From Gammaproteobacteria bacterium (GTDB taxonomy: Bacteria > Pseudomonadota > Gammaproteobacteria > G965277405), in NCBI GenBank assembly GCA_965277405.1, contig OZ255726.1, positions 960,001-1,024,000 of the forward strand: a DNA stretch of 64,000 bases, in the 5' to 3' direction. Every line of letters starts with the position of its first letter. Within the stretch, counting starts at the first letter, position 1. Shown here piece after piece: positions 40,298 through 50,996 of this stretch. Made by a program: the position numbers and the translations under genes. The notes under the pieces were generated by a model. That model saw only the letters and a list, made by a program, of their open reading frames with translations. It did not search any database and was not told where the DNA came from.

Positions 40298-40471
40298 GCG
40301 TCAGCACCCGACATCTAAAGCGCGGAGCTTTCTGTATTGACCCATCCGCGAAGATCAATAGCGCCTATCGAGATACCGATTTACGCGAGTAGATATTGCT
40401 TGTATCCTGCAACATGCCAGCTTGTGCCCAAGTGGCGGCAATATGCAGCCATGGCAAGTTTACGCACTGAA

Positions 40472-40710
40472 CAGGCTGTTAAAAATTTATCATATATAAT
40501 AAGCCTCAACACTTCCAAAATTGATTTGTTAGCGCACAGCAGCTGTTATTAGGGCGGATTTTGGTGGTTTTCCGTGTGCAACTACCACGTTTCCAATTTG
40601 TTGGCGTGGCAATCCGCTGACGTTGCAAATCAGCATGATACAGCACCAAGATTGCGCATACGTACAAAATTATATGCAGCCATGGTAAATACGAACTGAT
40701 AATTCACTTT
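40472..40710 (-). mobile_element. Remnant 3' end of another IS5-like element
   Basis: KVNYQFVFTMAAYNFVRMRNL* transposase C-terminus; CAGGCTGTTAAAAA terminal repeat. Confidence 0.55.
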
Positions 40711-40711
40711 G

Positions 40712-40860
40712 GGAACCTCTGATTAACTCGCTGATAGAGAGAGTTTGTTGGCAATTGCTGATGATTACACGGCGCGGCTTGCATCCGTATGCAGTAGCAA
40801 CACAGCAAGTACCGCTGCCGCAAACCAAAAGTATATTCAATACAAGGACTGGAAAAAACA
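40712..40860 (-). repeat. MITE family copy F (half element)
   Basis: GGAACCTCTGATTAACTCGCTGAT..GCAATTGCTGATGATT..CACAGCAAGTACCGCT. Confidence 0.8.
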
Positions 40861-40871
40861 CTTGATTTCCG

Positions 40872-41004
40872 CCATACTAGTGAAAATCTGTTCCATAGAT
40901 GACTACTTTATTTATTTGTAATAAGGCTTCATTCTCTTTTCTTAATGGGACTTCCTTTTCTTTTAAAATAAATTATCCTGGTTTTCACATACGCTGTATC
41001 TCAT
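40872..41004 (-). pseudogene. 5' relic of a zinc-binding alcohol dehydrogenase gene
   Basis: MRYSVCE/KPG*FILKEKEVPLRKENEALLQINKVVIYGTDFH* resembles the ..VGICGTDLH N-terminus. Confidence 0.55.
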
Positions 41005-41020
41005 TGTTGTTAATATTTTT

Positions 41021-41620
41021 CTATACTAGCTGTGTAGTTACCCTAAAAAAGTCATCTAGTGTTATAATCTTGCCGTTAGGGCTTTCTTTTAACCATTGCT
41101 TTGCAGTCGTATCACTCGCAAAAAATAAAACGTGATTACAGAATGAGTTTCGTATATCACAGGTATGTATGCTTTTGACCCACGAAACAAATAAAGGAAA
41201 AGGATTAGACGAAATCAATTGATCCACATTCATTTTTAATTCAATGGGTGTGTTATCGATAGGGTCGTTCGAGTAAACATCAGCAGAGACAGCCAACCAT
41301 TCTGTAAATAAAATAGCATCAATTGCACACCAAGTATAAAATGTTTTATTTTCAATAATTACTTTGTGTCTAGTCGGCATTAATGATAATCCTAAAAAAC
41401 CAACAATATTCCCTTCTGCATCGAATTCAGCAACTTTTTCTAACAAATTGCCAGACTTGGCATTTGCAAGGTTTAAAATTGAAAGGCATTTTTCCTTTGT
41501 TATAGGTTTCCCTTTAAGCAGTTCTTTATGAACTTTTATAGTATAATCCCTATTTTCCAATCCTAGTTCTGAAAACTTTAAATCTAATTCTACACTAAAG
41601 TATTGTCTAAAATTTTCCAT
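41021..41620 (-). CDS. merB: Organomercurial lyase MerB family
   Basis: GLSL.PT.H, YTWCAIDA (Cys/Asp), DIRNSFCNHVLFF (second Cys). Confidence 0.85.
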   Translation of the reverse strand: MENFRQYFSVELDLKFSELGLENRDYTIKVHKELLKGKPITKEKCLSILNLANAKSGNLLEKVAEFDAEGNIVGFLGLSLMPTRHKVIIENKTFYTWCAIDAILFTEWLAVSADVYSNDPIDNTPIELKMNVDQLISSNPFPLFVSWVKSIHTCDIRNSFCNHVLFFASDTTAKQWLKESPNGKIITLDDFFRVTTQLV

Positions 41621-41621
41621 T

Positions 41622-41800
41622 TTATTCTCTTGAAATAACAGATTCTAATTTCTCATGAAATATTTCTCTACGCGTTTTGCGTTTCTTATGTGTGTATTCT
41701 AACTCTGGAAACGTCATTTGCTGCATATCAATTCTCAAAAACAATAGTTAAAACATTATGACAGTGTTAGTAGGATTTTTGGGGGTTTTTCAGAGATGCC
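41622..41800 (-). mobile_element. IS5-subgroup left end with first 34 transposase codons
   Basis: CTAG|GGCATCTCTGAAAAACCCCC end; MQQMTFPELEYTHKKRKTRREIF.. is the InsH-type N-terminus. Confidence 0.8.
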
Positions 41801-41860
41801 CTAGATAAGCTGGCGAACAGTTACGAGATAGAGAATGTAAATACTGATTTTTGACAATAG

Positions 41861-42379
41861 CTAGTGATAAACAGTAATTGGAGTTCCTATTTCTACTACT
41901 GATACAATTTCCTCTATTTCTACGTTAGATACTGCTATACAACCATTTGTCCAATCTTTTCCTTTAAATAAAGGGTAAAGCCATCCTAGATAATTTGGCA
42001 TACCATGAAGCATAATATCTCCACCAGGATTAGTCTCTTTTTTTATTGCTAGCTCTCTTTCATTTTTATTTGGATACGAGATGTGAAGTGCTTGATGGTA
42101 TGAGCTATTTGGGTGCTTCCAGTCTATATAGTAAGCCCCTTCAGGTGTTTTATGATCCCCCTCTTTTTCTTTCTTACCAAGTGGCACTCTTCCTAAAGAA
42201 ATAGTATAGGTTTTAATATGCATATCGTTATTAAATAAAATTAGTTTTTTGCTCTTTTTGTATACAACAATGTTGTTAACAGCACCTATCTCCTCATACA
42301 CAATTTTTGGATATATTTTATCAAAAAAATATATAGTTCCAGAAATTACGGATATTGACAGAACTACATACTTCCACAT
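41861..42379 (-). CDS. YkuD-family L,D-transpeptidase/carboxypeptidase
   Basis: KEKEGDHKTPEG.Y, ISYPN, GGDIMLHG, WTNGCIAV. Confidence 0.9.
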   Translation of the reverse strand: MWKYVVLSISVISGTIYFFDKIYPKIVYEEIGAVNNIVVYKKSKKLILFNNDMHIKTYTISLGRVPLGKKEKEGDHKTPEGAYYIDWKHPNSSYHQALHISYPNKNERELAIKKETNPGGDIMLHGMPNYLGWLYPLFKGKDWTNGCIAVSNVEIEEIVSVVEIGTPITVYH

Positions 42380-43383
42380 TATTTTAACTTTGCTGGCTCC
42401 ATTGCCCCAGTCATTGTATTGTCATCAGATGTGTCATAATTGTAATAATTCTGGTTTTCCCCTTCCTCCGAAAAAATATTTTGTGTTGTCTCTTTACGTC
42501 CATCATGGACAATATTCATATTTTCATCAAACCGCATTGTTCCGTCTCTAATATATTTATTAGTTAATTCAATGTCGGACTTTAGTTTTTCTAGCTCTTC
42601 ATTTGAAAGATTAGCAGCTATTTACATATCAACCGCAATTAAGCCATTTTCATCAAGCTTCACTGGTAATTTTTCCTGATGTGCTTCGTTAAGTAATTTA
42701 GAATCTTTAGTGATGATATTTTTATCATACGCACTTACTAGAAAGCATTTTTTTTCAGAGTCTTCATTATTTTTAAATAAATAATATGGCGTCTCGCCAT
42801 CTTCAATAAAGTAATATCCTGATATAATTTTATAATACAGAGATGGGTTTGATGAAAGAAATTTATGCTCTGCTTCTTGAAAAGACACCGGAGGATAAGA
42901 ATACCATTCAGCAGTTATCTCTGACATTCTTCCTAATTCTCTCTGGTCTGCTGTATATTCTCTAAATATTGACACACCAACAACTTTATTATTTGAGAAC
43001 AAAGGAACAAACTGTGATGGCGTCTCTGTTTCCGAATAAAAGTTATTAACACTTATTGAATCGCCTGAATACACGTCCAAAATATAACCATCTTCTTCTG
43101 TAACAACAGAGAACATATCTTTATAAAAATCTTTTGCCAATTTTTCAGCTTCTTCAGGTGAAGAAGCAATAACTTTTATATCGCTAGTCTCTTCATCTGA
43201 AGGAGAAGTTCGTATCGGCAAACTTACACTACCAATATTGTGAGCTACAACAACAGGACTATCAGTTATTTCTGTTGTTGTGCTTGTTTTCTGCTCAATG
43301 GGCTTAGTTATGTCAAACCATACAAACAGAACAACCAAAACAATGACGAATATTATAAGTATTGAGATTGTTTTTTTATTCAT
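42379..43383 (-). pseudogene. Membrane-anchored hypothetical protein (334 aa) with one internal TAA
   Basis: Frame continues 80 sense codons past TAA 42622-42624 to a stop overlapping the next ATG (TAATG). Confidence 0.75.
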
Positions 43384-43436
43384 AGCAACTAAACAATAAC
43401 CATGGAGCCTACAAAGAAGCCCCATGGTATTTACCC

Positions 43437-44220
43437 TTACACTCGTGGGCTTGCATTATACAAATACATATAACCACGTAACCAAGGAAGTCTACTTCCT
43501 GTTGGCTTCCAGTAAGAAGCTAACTCATTTTGACTTAGGTATTTTCTTGGACTTACAGCAAGACGCCTTACCAGATGAGAAGAACTATACGCTGGCGAGT
43601 TATAAGCACTGTCATTAATGAATAGCCCAACTACATCACTAGAGCATGTTCCTTGAGGACAATAAATCATTCCCGTTGCTAAAAGATAATGACCACCTGC
43701 TGAGGCATATTTTACATTCCCATGAGGCATATTTTACATTCCCATAAAGAATAGCAGGACTAAAATTTCTACATATCGTTGTAGCAAGTGTAGATACTGC
43801 ATTTTTTATTGAACTATCTTTTCTTTCAGCCATAGAAACTGTTAACCCAAGACCTTGGGTACGGTTAATATGGTCAACTATTTTCTTTTGTCCTGCCTTC
43901 AATTCGTCTGATGTCAAGCCACTAGTAGAACCACCAGAGGTATTGATATAGCTATGTATACCAGTTGGACTGTATTTAAGCGTTTTATTTCTCTTATGAG
44001 TTTCCCAAGCCATCTGCATTGAAGTAGTTGTCGCACCGCATGTGTAAGTGGTAGGCTGACCGTATTGCGGGACACCAAACCAACGTGCGACAAGTTTCCC
44101 ATTAATTTTTTGGTCATAAGTACTGGAAAGATAAGGGTATCGCTCCCACCCAGCATTTGCTGATGTCGTAAAAATAACGGACGCGACCATTCCTACAACA
44201 AATAAAGATTTCTTCAACAT
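43437..44220 (-). pseudogene. Secreted C39-like (papain-fold) peptidase, frameshifted by a 22-bp tandem duplication
   Basis: Signal peptide, VPQYGQ..TCG.T, GGHY, FINDS; TGAGGCATATTTTACATTCCCA x2 at 43701-43744. Confidence 0.8.
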
Positions 44221-44436
44221 ATTAATCTCCAAACCTGAATTTAAAGAATTAAGCAAGGCAATATCTGGTGTTGAGCACCCTGCTCAAAGTTGAAAACGCC
44301 AGGGGGGTAGATTTATTCTTGACTACAACTCCCTTGCATCTTTAGAAAAGCCAAAAATAAATTTGACCAAACAGAGAATACCACAAATTTTACATTATCA
44401 ATAGGTTTAGTCTTTTCCAATAAAAGACTTTTCCAT

Positions 44437-44575
44437 TTAATCCCACATACCCTGAAACTGCTTATCATCAACCCTAGTGTAAATGGCTGTATTTCTAATG
44501 TCTTTATGCCCTAGATAGTCTTGAACTACACGTACATCATACCCCTTATTATTCAGAGCATAACCGTAACCATGC
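44437..44575 (-). pseudogene. C-terminal relic of a FimB/FimE-like tyrosine recombinase
   Basis: HGYGYALNNKGYDVRVVQDYLGHKDIRNTAIYTRVDDKQFQGMWD*. Confidence 0.75.
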
Positions 44576-44685
44576 CCTCTTGTAGCTGGCAGTCACGATT
44601 TAGTTGATGCTGTCACGGTAAAAGCTAGTCCCTTGCTCAGATACAAACAGCTACGGCAAGCCCTGCCCCTGCTTTTCCTCTCTAG

Positions 44686-44989
44686 ATGACAGACAACGGA
44701 CCTGCATATTGATCAAAGTTCGTAAATAGATATCTTGATGCATGTCAAATCAAGCACGTTTTTACCAAACCATACAGGCCTCAGACCAACGGAAAAGCAG
44801 CAAGGATTATACAAACGCTTAGCAAGGAATGGGCGTTTTCGCAGCCATCGCAAACAAGTGATGAACGCAACAAAGCTCTTCCAAAATATCTTAACAACTA
44901 TAACCTCAGTCGCACACATTCCGCTTTATGGAATCTACCACCAGCTGCTAGAATTGTTGGTTTTGTAAACAACGTGTGTAGTTTTGACA
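44686..44989 (+). mobile_element. IS481-family remnant (C-terminus and right end)
   Basis: MTDNGPAY*, TKPYRPQTNGKA, EWA, YN..RTHSAL, VNNV; ends in ACA. Confidence 0.8.
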
Positions 44990-45020
44990 TTTAGGGCAAT
45001 AATTGTAAAAAGCAGCAACC

Positions 45021-45300
45021 GAGACCACCATCTTGAATTTCAGAAGATTGCTGGAACAGTACAACCTCTGTGAAAAAATATTCAGGAGAATCAGTCAACA
45101 ACTCAATAATCATGGATTGTTACGCTACGAAGGCAGTCGTTGAAGCCTCAATTATCGACGCCCCAACAACAACCTAAGAATAAACAGCAAGCCCGTGATC
45201 CGCAAATGCATCAAACAAGGAAGGGTAACCAATGCTACTTTGGTATGAAAGTTCATGTTGGTGTTGATGAAAGCTCTGGAATGATTCAAGCCCGCAACCA
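45021..45300 (+). mobile_element. IS5-subgroup transposase internal fragment
   Basis: [44 protein letters not shown]; frameshifted. Confidence 0.85.
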
Positions 45301-45327
45301 CGGCGGGCAATATCAAGGAATCTCTGC

Positions 45328-46521
45328 TTAAATTGGTAAACAACTCGGTCCAATTGGCTCAAAGCTTTTATATGTCAGGATAAATTCGGTATGTCCGAGT
45401 AACTCAGATTTTGTTTTTTTCCCATTGGCAACACCAATCACTAAAGCGTAAATTTCGTCGCCTACTTCATGCAACGACGCCTCACCGCTGATTATTCGAC
45501 CAGCATTCACATCCATATCACCGCTCAAACGTTGATACATTTGCGGGTTGGCGGCAATCTTGATAACCGGTGCCAGCGCAGACCCAACTACTGATCCTCG
45601 CCCTGTGACAAATAATGTCAGATGCGCACCCGACGCCATCATTTCAACTATTTCTGCGTTATCTGAAATATTTGGAAACCCAAAGCGAACTTCGCCATCT
45701 GGCACAACATCCATTAAATACAACCCCCCTTGTTGCGGAATATCGCCAGGTTTAATCATCCCTGAAATTTTAGACTGCCCTGATTTTGCGTAGGCACCCA
45801 TTGATTTTTCTTCGATCGTCGTTAGTCCACCATCAGCATTTCCCGCAGCAAAGCTGCCAAACCCAAGCGTTGCATAGTATTGCGCTGCTTTAGCGATAGA
45901 TGCGCGCAACTCGACCGCAAGCTGCGGTGTTGCCGCGCGTTCTGCCATCACTTCTTCACAGCCAATCAGCTCGCCAGTTTCTTCAAAAATGCAAACAGCA
46001 CCTTGGTCTACCAAACGGTCGAAAGCTTTGCCAACGGCAGGATTGCCAGATATTCCACTAGTTCCATCGGAACCGCCACAAATAGTGCCAATCACTAATT
46101 CAGAGATTGCCATCTTAGTCTTTTTATCTCCTTTGAGCTGTGCAATTGCCTGCCTTACCCATTGCTGTCCTTTGTTAATTGTTGCGGCTGTACCGCCTTC
46201 GTGTTGAATTACTAAAGTAGTAACTGGTCGCTCGCTATCACGAATTATTTTTTCCAGTTGATAGCGGTTGAAGCTTTCGCAGCCCAATGAAATAAGTAGT
46301 ACCGCCCCTGCATTTGGATGGGTGCACAATTGCTCCATAATTTTTTGTGCATATTCATTTGGGAAACAACCAGGAAAGCCAATCAGATGTGCCTGATTAC
46401 GATTTATACTAGTTATTTCACGAGCAATATGGTGAGCACACTCTACCAAATAAGCCACAATAACTAAGTTTCTGATGCCTTTGCGTCCATCTGCACGTTG
46501 ATACCCAAACAACTGACTCAA
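45328..46521 (-). CDS. UxaA/GarD-family dehydratase, catalytic subunit
   Basis: [41 protein letters not shown]; probable TTG start 46521 after GGAG. Confidence 0.88.
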   Translation of the reverse strand: MSQLFGYQRADGRKGIRNLVIVAYLVECAHHIAREITSINRNQAHLIGFPGCFPNEYAQKIMEQLCTHPNAGAVLLISLGCESFNRYQLEKIIRDSERPVTTLVIQHEGGTAATINKGQQWVRQAIAQLKGDKKTKMAISELVIGTICGGSDGTSGISGNPAVGKAFDRLVDQGAVCIFEETGELIGCEEVMAERAATPQLAVELRASIAKAAQYYATLGFGSFAAGNADGGLTTIEEKSMGAYAKSGQSKISGMIKPGDIPQQGGLYLMDVVPDGEVRFGFPNISDNAEIVEMMASGAHLTLFVTGRGSVVGSALAPVIKIAANPQMYQRLSGDMDVNAGRIISGEASLHEVGDEIYALVIGVANGKKTKSELLGHTEFILTYKSFEPIGPSCLPI

Positions 46522-46850
46522 TGCGTTTCTCCACTTGTTTGCGCGTCTGTGCACGTTGCTTCAGGCAGTGAATAGGTTGGTGTATAGTCGCTTTTCAGGT
46601 TGCAAAGATGTACATGTTCGCCAACAGCAATATTTTGTATTGCTGAACCAATGGCGACACCGTATTTAATAATTTTTTCACCAGCTTTGATTTCCCTGCA
46701 GGCAATCTTATGCCCCATCTTGGCCTTTGATGAAAGTTTTATTTCCTCATTAAAAATTAATACGTTATCTCCACTTTGAATTTCAGCACGTAATACCAAG
46801 ACATTGTCGTTAGCGTGCAGCAGTAACAGACGAGCGTCGGTATGAGACAT
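46518..46850 (-). CDS. UxaA-family SAF-domain subunit
   Basis: DNV, GHKIA, IIKYG..IG.A, GEHVH..N. Confidence 0.88.
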   Translation of the reverse strand: MSHTDARLLLLHANDNVLVLRAEIQSGDNVLIFNEEIKLSSKAKMGHKIACREIKAGEKIIKYGVAIGSAIQNIAVGEHVHLCNLKSDYTPTYSLPEATCTDAQTSGETH

Positions 46851-46957
46851 ATTCCGTGAGCTACAACTGCTGCCTAACAAATAACTCTATATCAAGATTA
46901 AGACGATGCTGTCGACTTGCAACAAAGACCATCGTTGTTGCTGTCATTTGCATATGC

Positions 46958-47608
46958 TTAAAATTTTCCATATTTAAGGTAGGCGTCCTGCGGGTCTGTG
47001 CCCGCAAGAATTGCATTACGCACCTTACTTTCAGTTTTCATGGCTATCAGTGATTCGTCCAGAACTTGGTCAACAACTTCAAGTGGTATGCACACCATGC
47101 CATCCCGATCGCCGTGCAGCCAATCGCCAGGACGGATTAGTACTTCACCAAGCATTATATCCTCATCAGTTGCCGTTGGCAGCCAGAACCCGACTATATC
47201 TCGCGGGGTATGGTGGGTTCGCCAACAAGGAAATCCGAGCCGCATGATAAAATTAGCATCTCTAAGAGCGCCATCCAACACGCAGCCAAGTACACCCTTA
47301 TGATGGAGTGTTTCGGCGGAAAGCTCACCCATTTGAGCTAGTTGCTGGGTATGCGGTTGCGCGGTCCAAATATGCTCCGCCGGTGCTTTTGACAATAACC
47401 ATGTCCAAGCTAGCAGTGTTTCGTGAACATCTGCGGTTTCATCTACTCGACCGTTAACTGTCCAGACAGGACCACACAGAGTAAGTTCAGGTTGCAAAGG
47501 CATAATTCTGCTTGGTAAAGTTAAGTTTTTCTTACCCATTGCGCGCATAACATCATGAATAACGCCAGTATAGCAGGATTGATACAGTTCGATGCGCGGA
47601 TCATTCAT
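46958..47608 (-). CDS. RraA/HMG-aldolase family protein
   Basis: MGEL, GCVLDGALRD, IRPGD..GDRDG.V.IP. Confidence 0.85.
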   Translation of the reverse strand: MNDPRIELYQSCYTGVIHDVMRAMGKKNLTLPSRIMPLQPELTLCGPVWTVNGRVDETADVHETLLAWTWLLSKAPAEHIWTAQPHTQQLAQMGELSAETLHHKGVLGCVLDGALRDANFIMRLGFPCWRTHHTPRDIVGFWLPTATDEDIMLGEVLIRPGDWLHGDRDGMVCIPLEVVDQVLDESLIAMKTESKVRNAILAGTDPQDAYLKYGKF

Positions 47609-47930
47609 GGTGGAACACCTCTGCCATGGCTGCCCACCATTCCCCGTCTGCACGTGTCGCTAATGGTTGTTGACATGGTGTGCAAACATCCCACCATTCC
47701 TGTATACGCGGGTTAGCAGCCATCTTAGCTACATCGGTCTTAAATTCGTCGCCAGTGTATTCCCAATAACCAAACAGTAGGTTTTCTGGCTCTTTCAGGA
47801 AAATTGAGTAATTGGTGATATTACAGGCAGAAATTATATGCAGTATGTCAGGCCAAACTACTGCGTGCAGCAATTTATAATTTTTTATCTGATCTGGCTT
47901 GATACCGATCACCATTCCCATCCGTTGCAT
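47601..47930 (-). CDS. L-rhamnose mutarotase family protein
   Basis: YKLLHAVVWP, ITNYSIF, LFGYWEY, WW..M.EVFH. Confidence 0.88.
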   Translation of the reverse strand: MQRMGMVIGIKPDQIKNYKLLHAVVWPDILHIISACNITNYSIFLKEPENLLFGYWEYTGDEFKTDVAKMAANPRIQEWWDVCTPCQQPLATRADGEWWAAMAEVFHHE

Positions 47931-48025
47931 TGCATTACTCTCCATAACCAAATTTATTATATGTGCCAATAACTATGAGATTTAGCATATTGCCAAGTGC
48001 CAGCGTCTGCCAATCCCACCCGTTT

Positions 48026-49168
48026 TCATCGTTGTTGCTGCGTCTCGCCCATCATGGAATTAATCAGCGGTTCCGCAGCCTGTATCACTTGTTTAGTGGT
48101 AGCGTTAAACAAATGTGCGTTATCCATTGAGAAACAAAAATCAAAGTTTTCTTTGGTTGCAACAGCGCGCGGATTTAACATTTTTCCTTGTATCTCATGC
48201 CCTGCAAGTTGGGTATAAATTATCGTTTCTGTTCCAAGCGGTTCAGAAAGAATGACCTCTAGATTTACAGTTGCTTGTTGCTCGCTTGAGATGTTAATTC
48301 CATGCCCTACTGGGTTGATATCATCGGCACGAATTCCCAAAATAACATCTTCACCTGCTGCGATATGATTGACTAGGCGGTTGGGTACTGGCAGGTTAGT
48401 CCCGTCTGCAAATACTAATGATTTTTTATCAATTTTAGCAGGGATAAGATTCATCGGCGGGGAGCCAATGAAACCAGCAACAAACGTGTTTACTGGATTA
48501 TTAAAAACGTCTAAAGGGGTACCAACTTGCTCAATATAGCCGTCTTTCATAACCACAATGCGGTCTGCTAGCGTCATTGCTTCTACCTGATCATGGGTGA
48601 CATACACGATAGTGGTTTTAACTTTTTGGTGCAGTTTTTTAATTTCGGTACGCATTTGCACGCGTAATTTGGCATCCAGGTTGGACAGGGGTTCATCAAA
48701 CAGAAAGACCTTTGGGTGACGGACAATAGCTCTACCCATTGCCACCCGCTGCCGCTGTCCCCCAGAAAGTTCAGCTGGAGTGCGATCCATTAACTCTGTA
48801 ATACCGAGTATCTCTGCTGCTTCGTTTACTTGCTGTATAATATTTTGTTTGGATATGTTGGCAATTTTTAGAGCAAACCCAAGGTTATCGCGCACAGTCA
48901 TGTGTGGGTAAAGAGCATAGTTCTGAAATACCATTGATATATTCCTTTGTCGGGGCGCAAGATGATTGACTAAAACATCTTCTATAAAAATTTCTCCGCC
49001 TGATATTTCTTCAAGACCTGCAATCATGCGCAAGGTGGTTGACTTGCCACAACCTGATGGACCAACCAATACCACAAACTCATTATGTTCAATTGCTAGG
49101 TTGATGCCGTGTACAACTTCGAGCTTGCCATATTTTTTAATTACTTCTTTAAATACAATACTTGCCAT
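48026..49168 (-). CDS. Sugar ABC transporter ATPase (MalK/UgpC-like)
   Basis: GPSGCGKST, FQNYALYPHM, LSGGQRQR, DEPLSNLD. Confidence 0.95.
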   Translation of the reverse strand: MASIVFKEVIKKYGKLEVVHGINLAIEHNEFVVLVGPSGCGKSTTLRMIAGLEEISGGEIFIEDVLVNHLAPRQRNISMVFQNYALYPHMTVRDNLGFALKIANISKQNIIQQVNEAAEILGITELMDRTPAELSGGQRQRVAMGRAIVRHPKVFLFDEPLSNLDAKLRVQMRTEIKKLHQKVKTTIVYVTHDQVEAMTLADRIVVMKDGYIEQVGTPLDVFNNPVNTFVAGFIGSPPMNLIPAKIDKKSLVFADGTNLPVPNRLVNHIAAGEDVILGIRADDINPVGHGINISSEQQATVNLEVILSEPLGTETIIYTQLAGHEIQGKMLNPRAVATKENFDFCFSMDNAHLFNATTKQVIQAAEPLINSMMGETQQQR

Positions 49169-49172
49169 CGAT

Positions 49173-50030
49173 TTATCCTTTTACGCCACCAAATGTCAGT
49201 CCAGCGATCAGGTGTTTTTGCACCACATAAGTTAGTAAAAGAGCTGGAACGATAATGATCACCGCCATAGCACACATACCTGCCCAGTCAATCGTAAATT
49301 GTGAAGTAAAGTCCATCAGCCCCACTGGCAAAGTCTTACTGTCGGTTGATCGCGTTAATTGACTCGCCAATGCGTATTCGTTCCAACTAGTTAAAAATGC
49401 GAATACCCCTGCTGATGTAATCCCCGAGCGCGCCAATGGAAACTCTATTTTCCAAAAAGCTTGCCAGCGTGTACAACCATCTACCTGGCCTGCTTCGCTC
49501 ATTTCTTTAGGAATTTGTCGAAAAAACCCGTCTATTAACCAGATAGTAAAAGGTACATTCAGGGCAACATAAATAATAATTAGCCCCAACGTAGAGTCAA
49601 TAAGCCCGAGTTTGCTCCAGATCATAAAAATTGGTAGTGATAGAGCTATACCTGGAACAGCACGTGACAACATTAGTCCAAGAAATAAGCTGTTTTTTCC
49701 AGCAAACCTGAATCTAGCAAAAGAATAGCCACCAGACATGCCAATCAGAATTGCGATCGCAGTTGAGGTCAGTGCGATGATCATGGAATTAGTAAAATAG
49801 CTAACTACTGGTATGGCGATTTGCTCGTCACCTAGTCCAAAAATAACAGCAAAATTTTGCATGGTTATGTGTTGCGGAATCCAAACCGCTGGCTTGGCGG
49901 TTATTTCGCGATTATGACGAAACCCCGATAACACAACCCAAAGACCTGGGACACACATTACCAGCATTAGTATAAAAGCGCACAGCCAAGTAAACGTCAT
50001 GGCCAAGCGTTTCTTTATCTTGTGTATCAT
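49173..50030 (-). CDS. Carbohydrate ABC permease (MalG-like)
   Basis: EAGQVDGC EAA loop, SWNEY. Confidence 0.92.
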   Translation of the reverse strand: MIHKIKKRLAMTFTWLCAFILMLVMCVPGLWVVLSGFRHNREITAKPAVWIPQHITMQNFAVIFGLGDEQIAIPVVSYFTNSMIIALTSTAIAILIGMSGGYSFARFRFAGKNSLFLGLMLSRAVPGIALSLPIFMIWSKLGLIDSTLGLIIIYVALNVPFTIWLIDGFFRQIPKEMSEAGQVDGCTRWQAFWKIEFPLARSGITSAGVFAFLTSWNEYALASQLTRSTDSKTLPVGLMDFTSQFTIDWAGMCAMAVIIIVPALLLTYVVQKHLIAGLTFGGVKG

Positions 50031-50935
50031 CCTATTTCACCCATATAACGGCGTGCAGCGATTAATTTTGTGAAAAAATAATAGGTAAATAATATTGATA
50101 ACAGCGTTGAGATATAAGCCATCGCGTTAGCCTGTCCCATGTTAGCATTGTCATAGCCAACTCGGGCAATCAGCGTCCACAGTAATTCTGTTCGGCCTGC
50201 AGGGCCTCCTCCTGTCATTACATCGACAATGTCATACGCCCGCGCAATATCAAGCGACCTGATTGTCATAGCTATAAATGCAAAGGGCATGATAAAAGGC
50301 AGGGTTATATGGCGAAACACTTGCCATGGGTTGCACCCATCTACTTTAGCGGCTTCTAAAGGGTCGCGTGGCATGGCAAACAGCCCTGCAAGCAGGAGAA
50401 TGGCAAAAACAGACGTGCTCATCCACACCTCTGCAAAAATAATTGAGAACATTACTAAATACTTATCAATCAACCAGGGAATAGCTCCATCGGATACCCC
50501 AAGTGAGAGCAATGCATTATTGAGAATGCCGATGTTGTCGTTGAAGATAAACTTAAATTGAAAACCGACTAAAATTGGAGAAAACATCATCGGAAACATC
50601 ATGATGGTACGCAAAGTGCGCTGCCCCCAAGTGATGCGGTTAACCAGCAAGGCAATGCCCAACCCTAGGATCAATTCGACATTCAAGGCGATAGTTAAAT
50701 ATACAATTGTTCTGCCAAAAGCCCACCAAAAATCTGTGTTTTCAACAAGGCGGATGTAATTCCTCAAACCAATAAAAGTATTGATCGTCTCTGGTCTGGT
50801 AAGTTTGTATGGCGTCAGGCTAGTATAAAATGAAAACACCAATGGAATTGCGACAACAAAAATAATTAGCAAAATTGCTGGCGATAACAGCAAATAAGGA
50901 GTGTGTTTTTCTACACGCCAGCGCATGTGTTTCAC
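50027..50935 (-). CDS. Carbohydrate ABC permease (MalF-like)
   Basis: FIGLRNY, EAAKVDG, TGGGP. Confidence 0.92.
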   Translation of the reverse strand: MKHMRWRVEKHTPYLLLSPAILLIIFVVAIPLVFSFYTSLTPYKLTRPETINTFIGLRNYIRLVENTDFWWAFGRTIVYLTIALNVELILGLGIALLVNRITWGQRTLRTIMMFPMMFSPILVGFQFKFIFNDNIGILNNALLSLGVSDGAIPWLIDKYLVMFSIIFAEVWMSTSVFAILLLAGLFAMPRDPLEAAKVDGCNPWQVFRHITLPFIMPFAFIAMTIRSLDIARAYDIVDVMTGGGPAGRTELLWTLIARVGYDNANMGQANAMAYISTLLSILFTYYFFTKLIAARRYMGEIG

Positions 50936-50996
50936 TTATATATTAATCAACAGAACTCACGCTAACGACTCGCGCCATCGTCAGCGCTAGTGTCGA

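Noticed and set aside
40441-40685. ATATGCAGCCATGG repeated at 40441 and 40672
   Set aside because: The second copy is inside the IS relic coding sequence; not a flanking target duplication and no function evident
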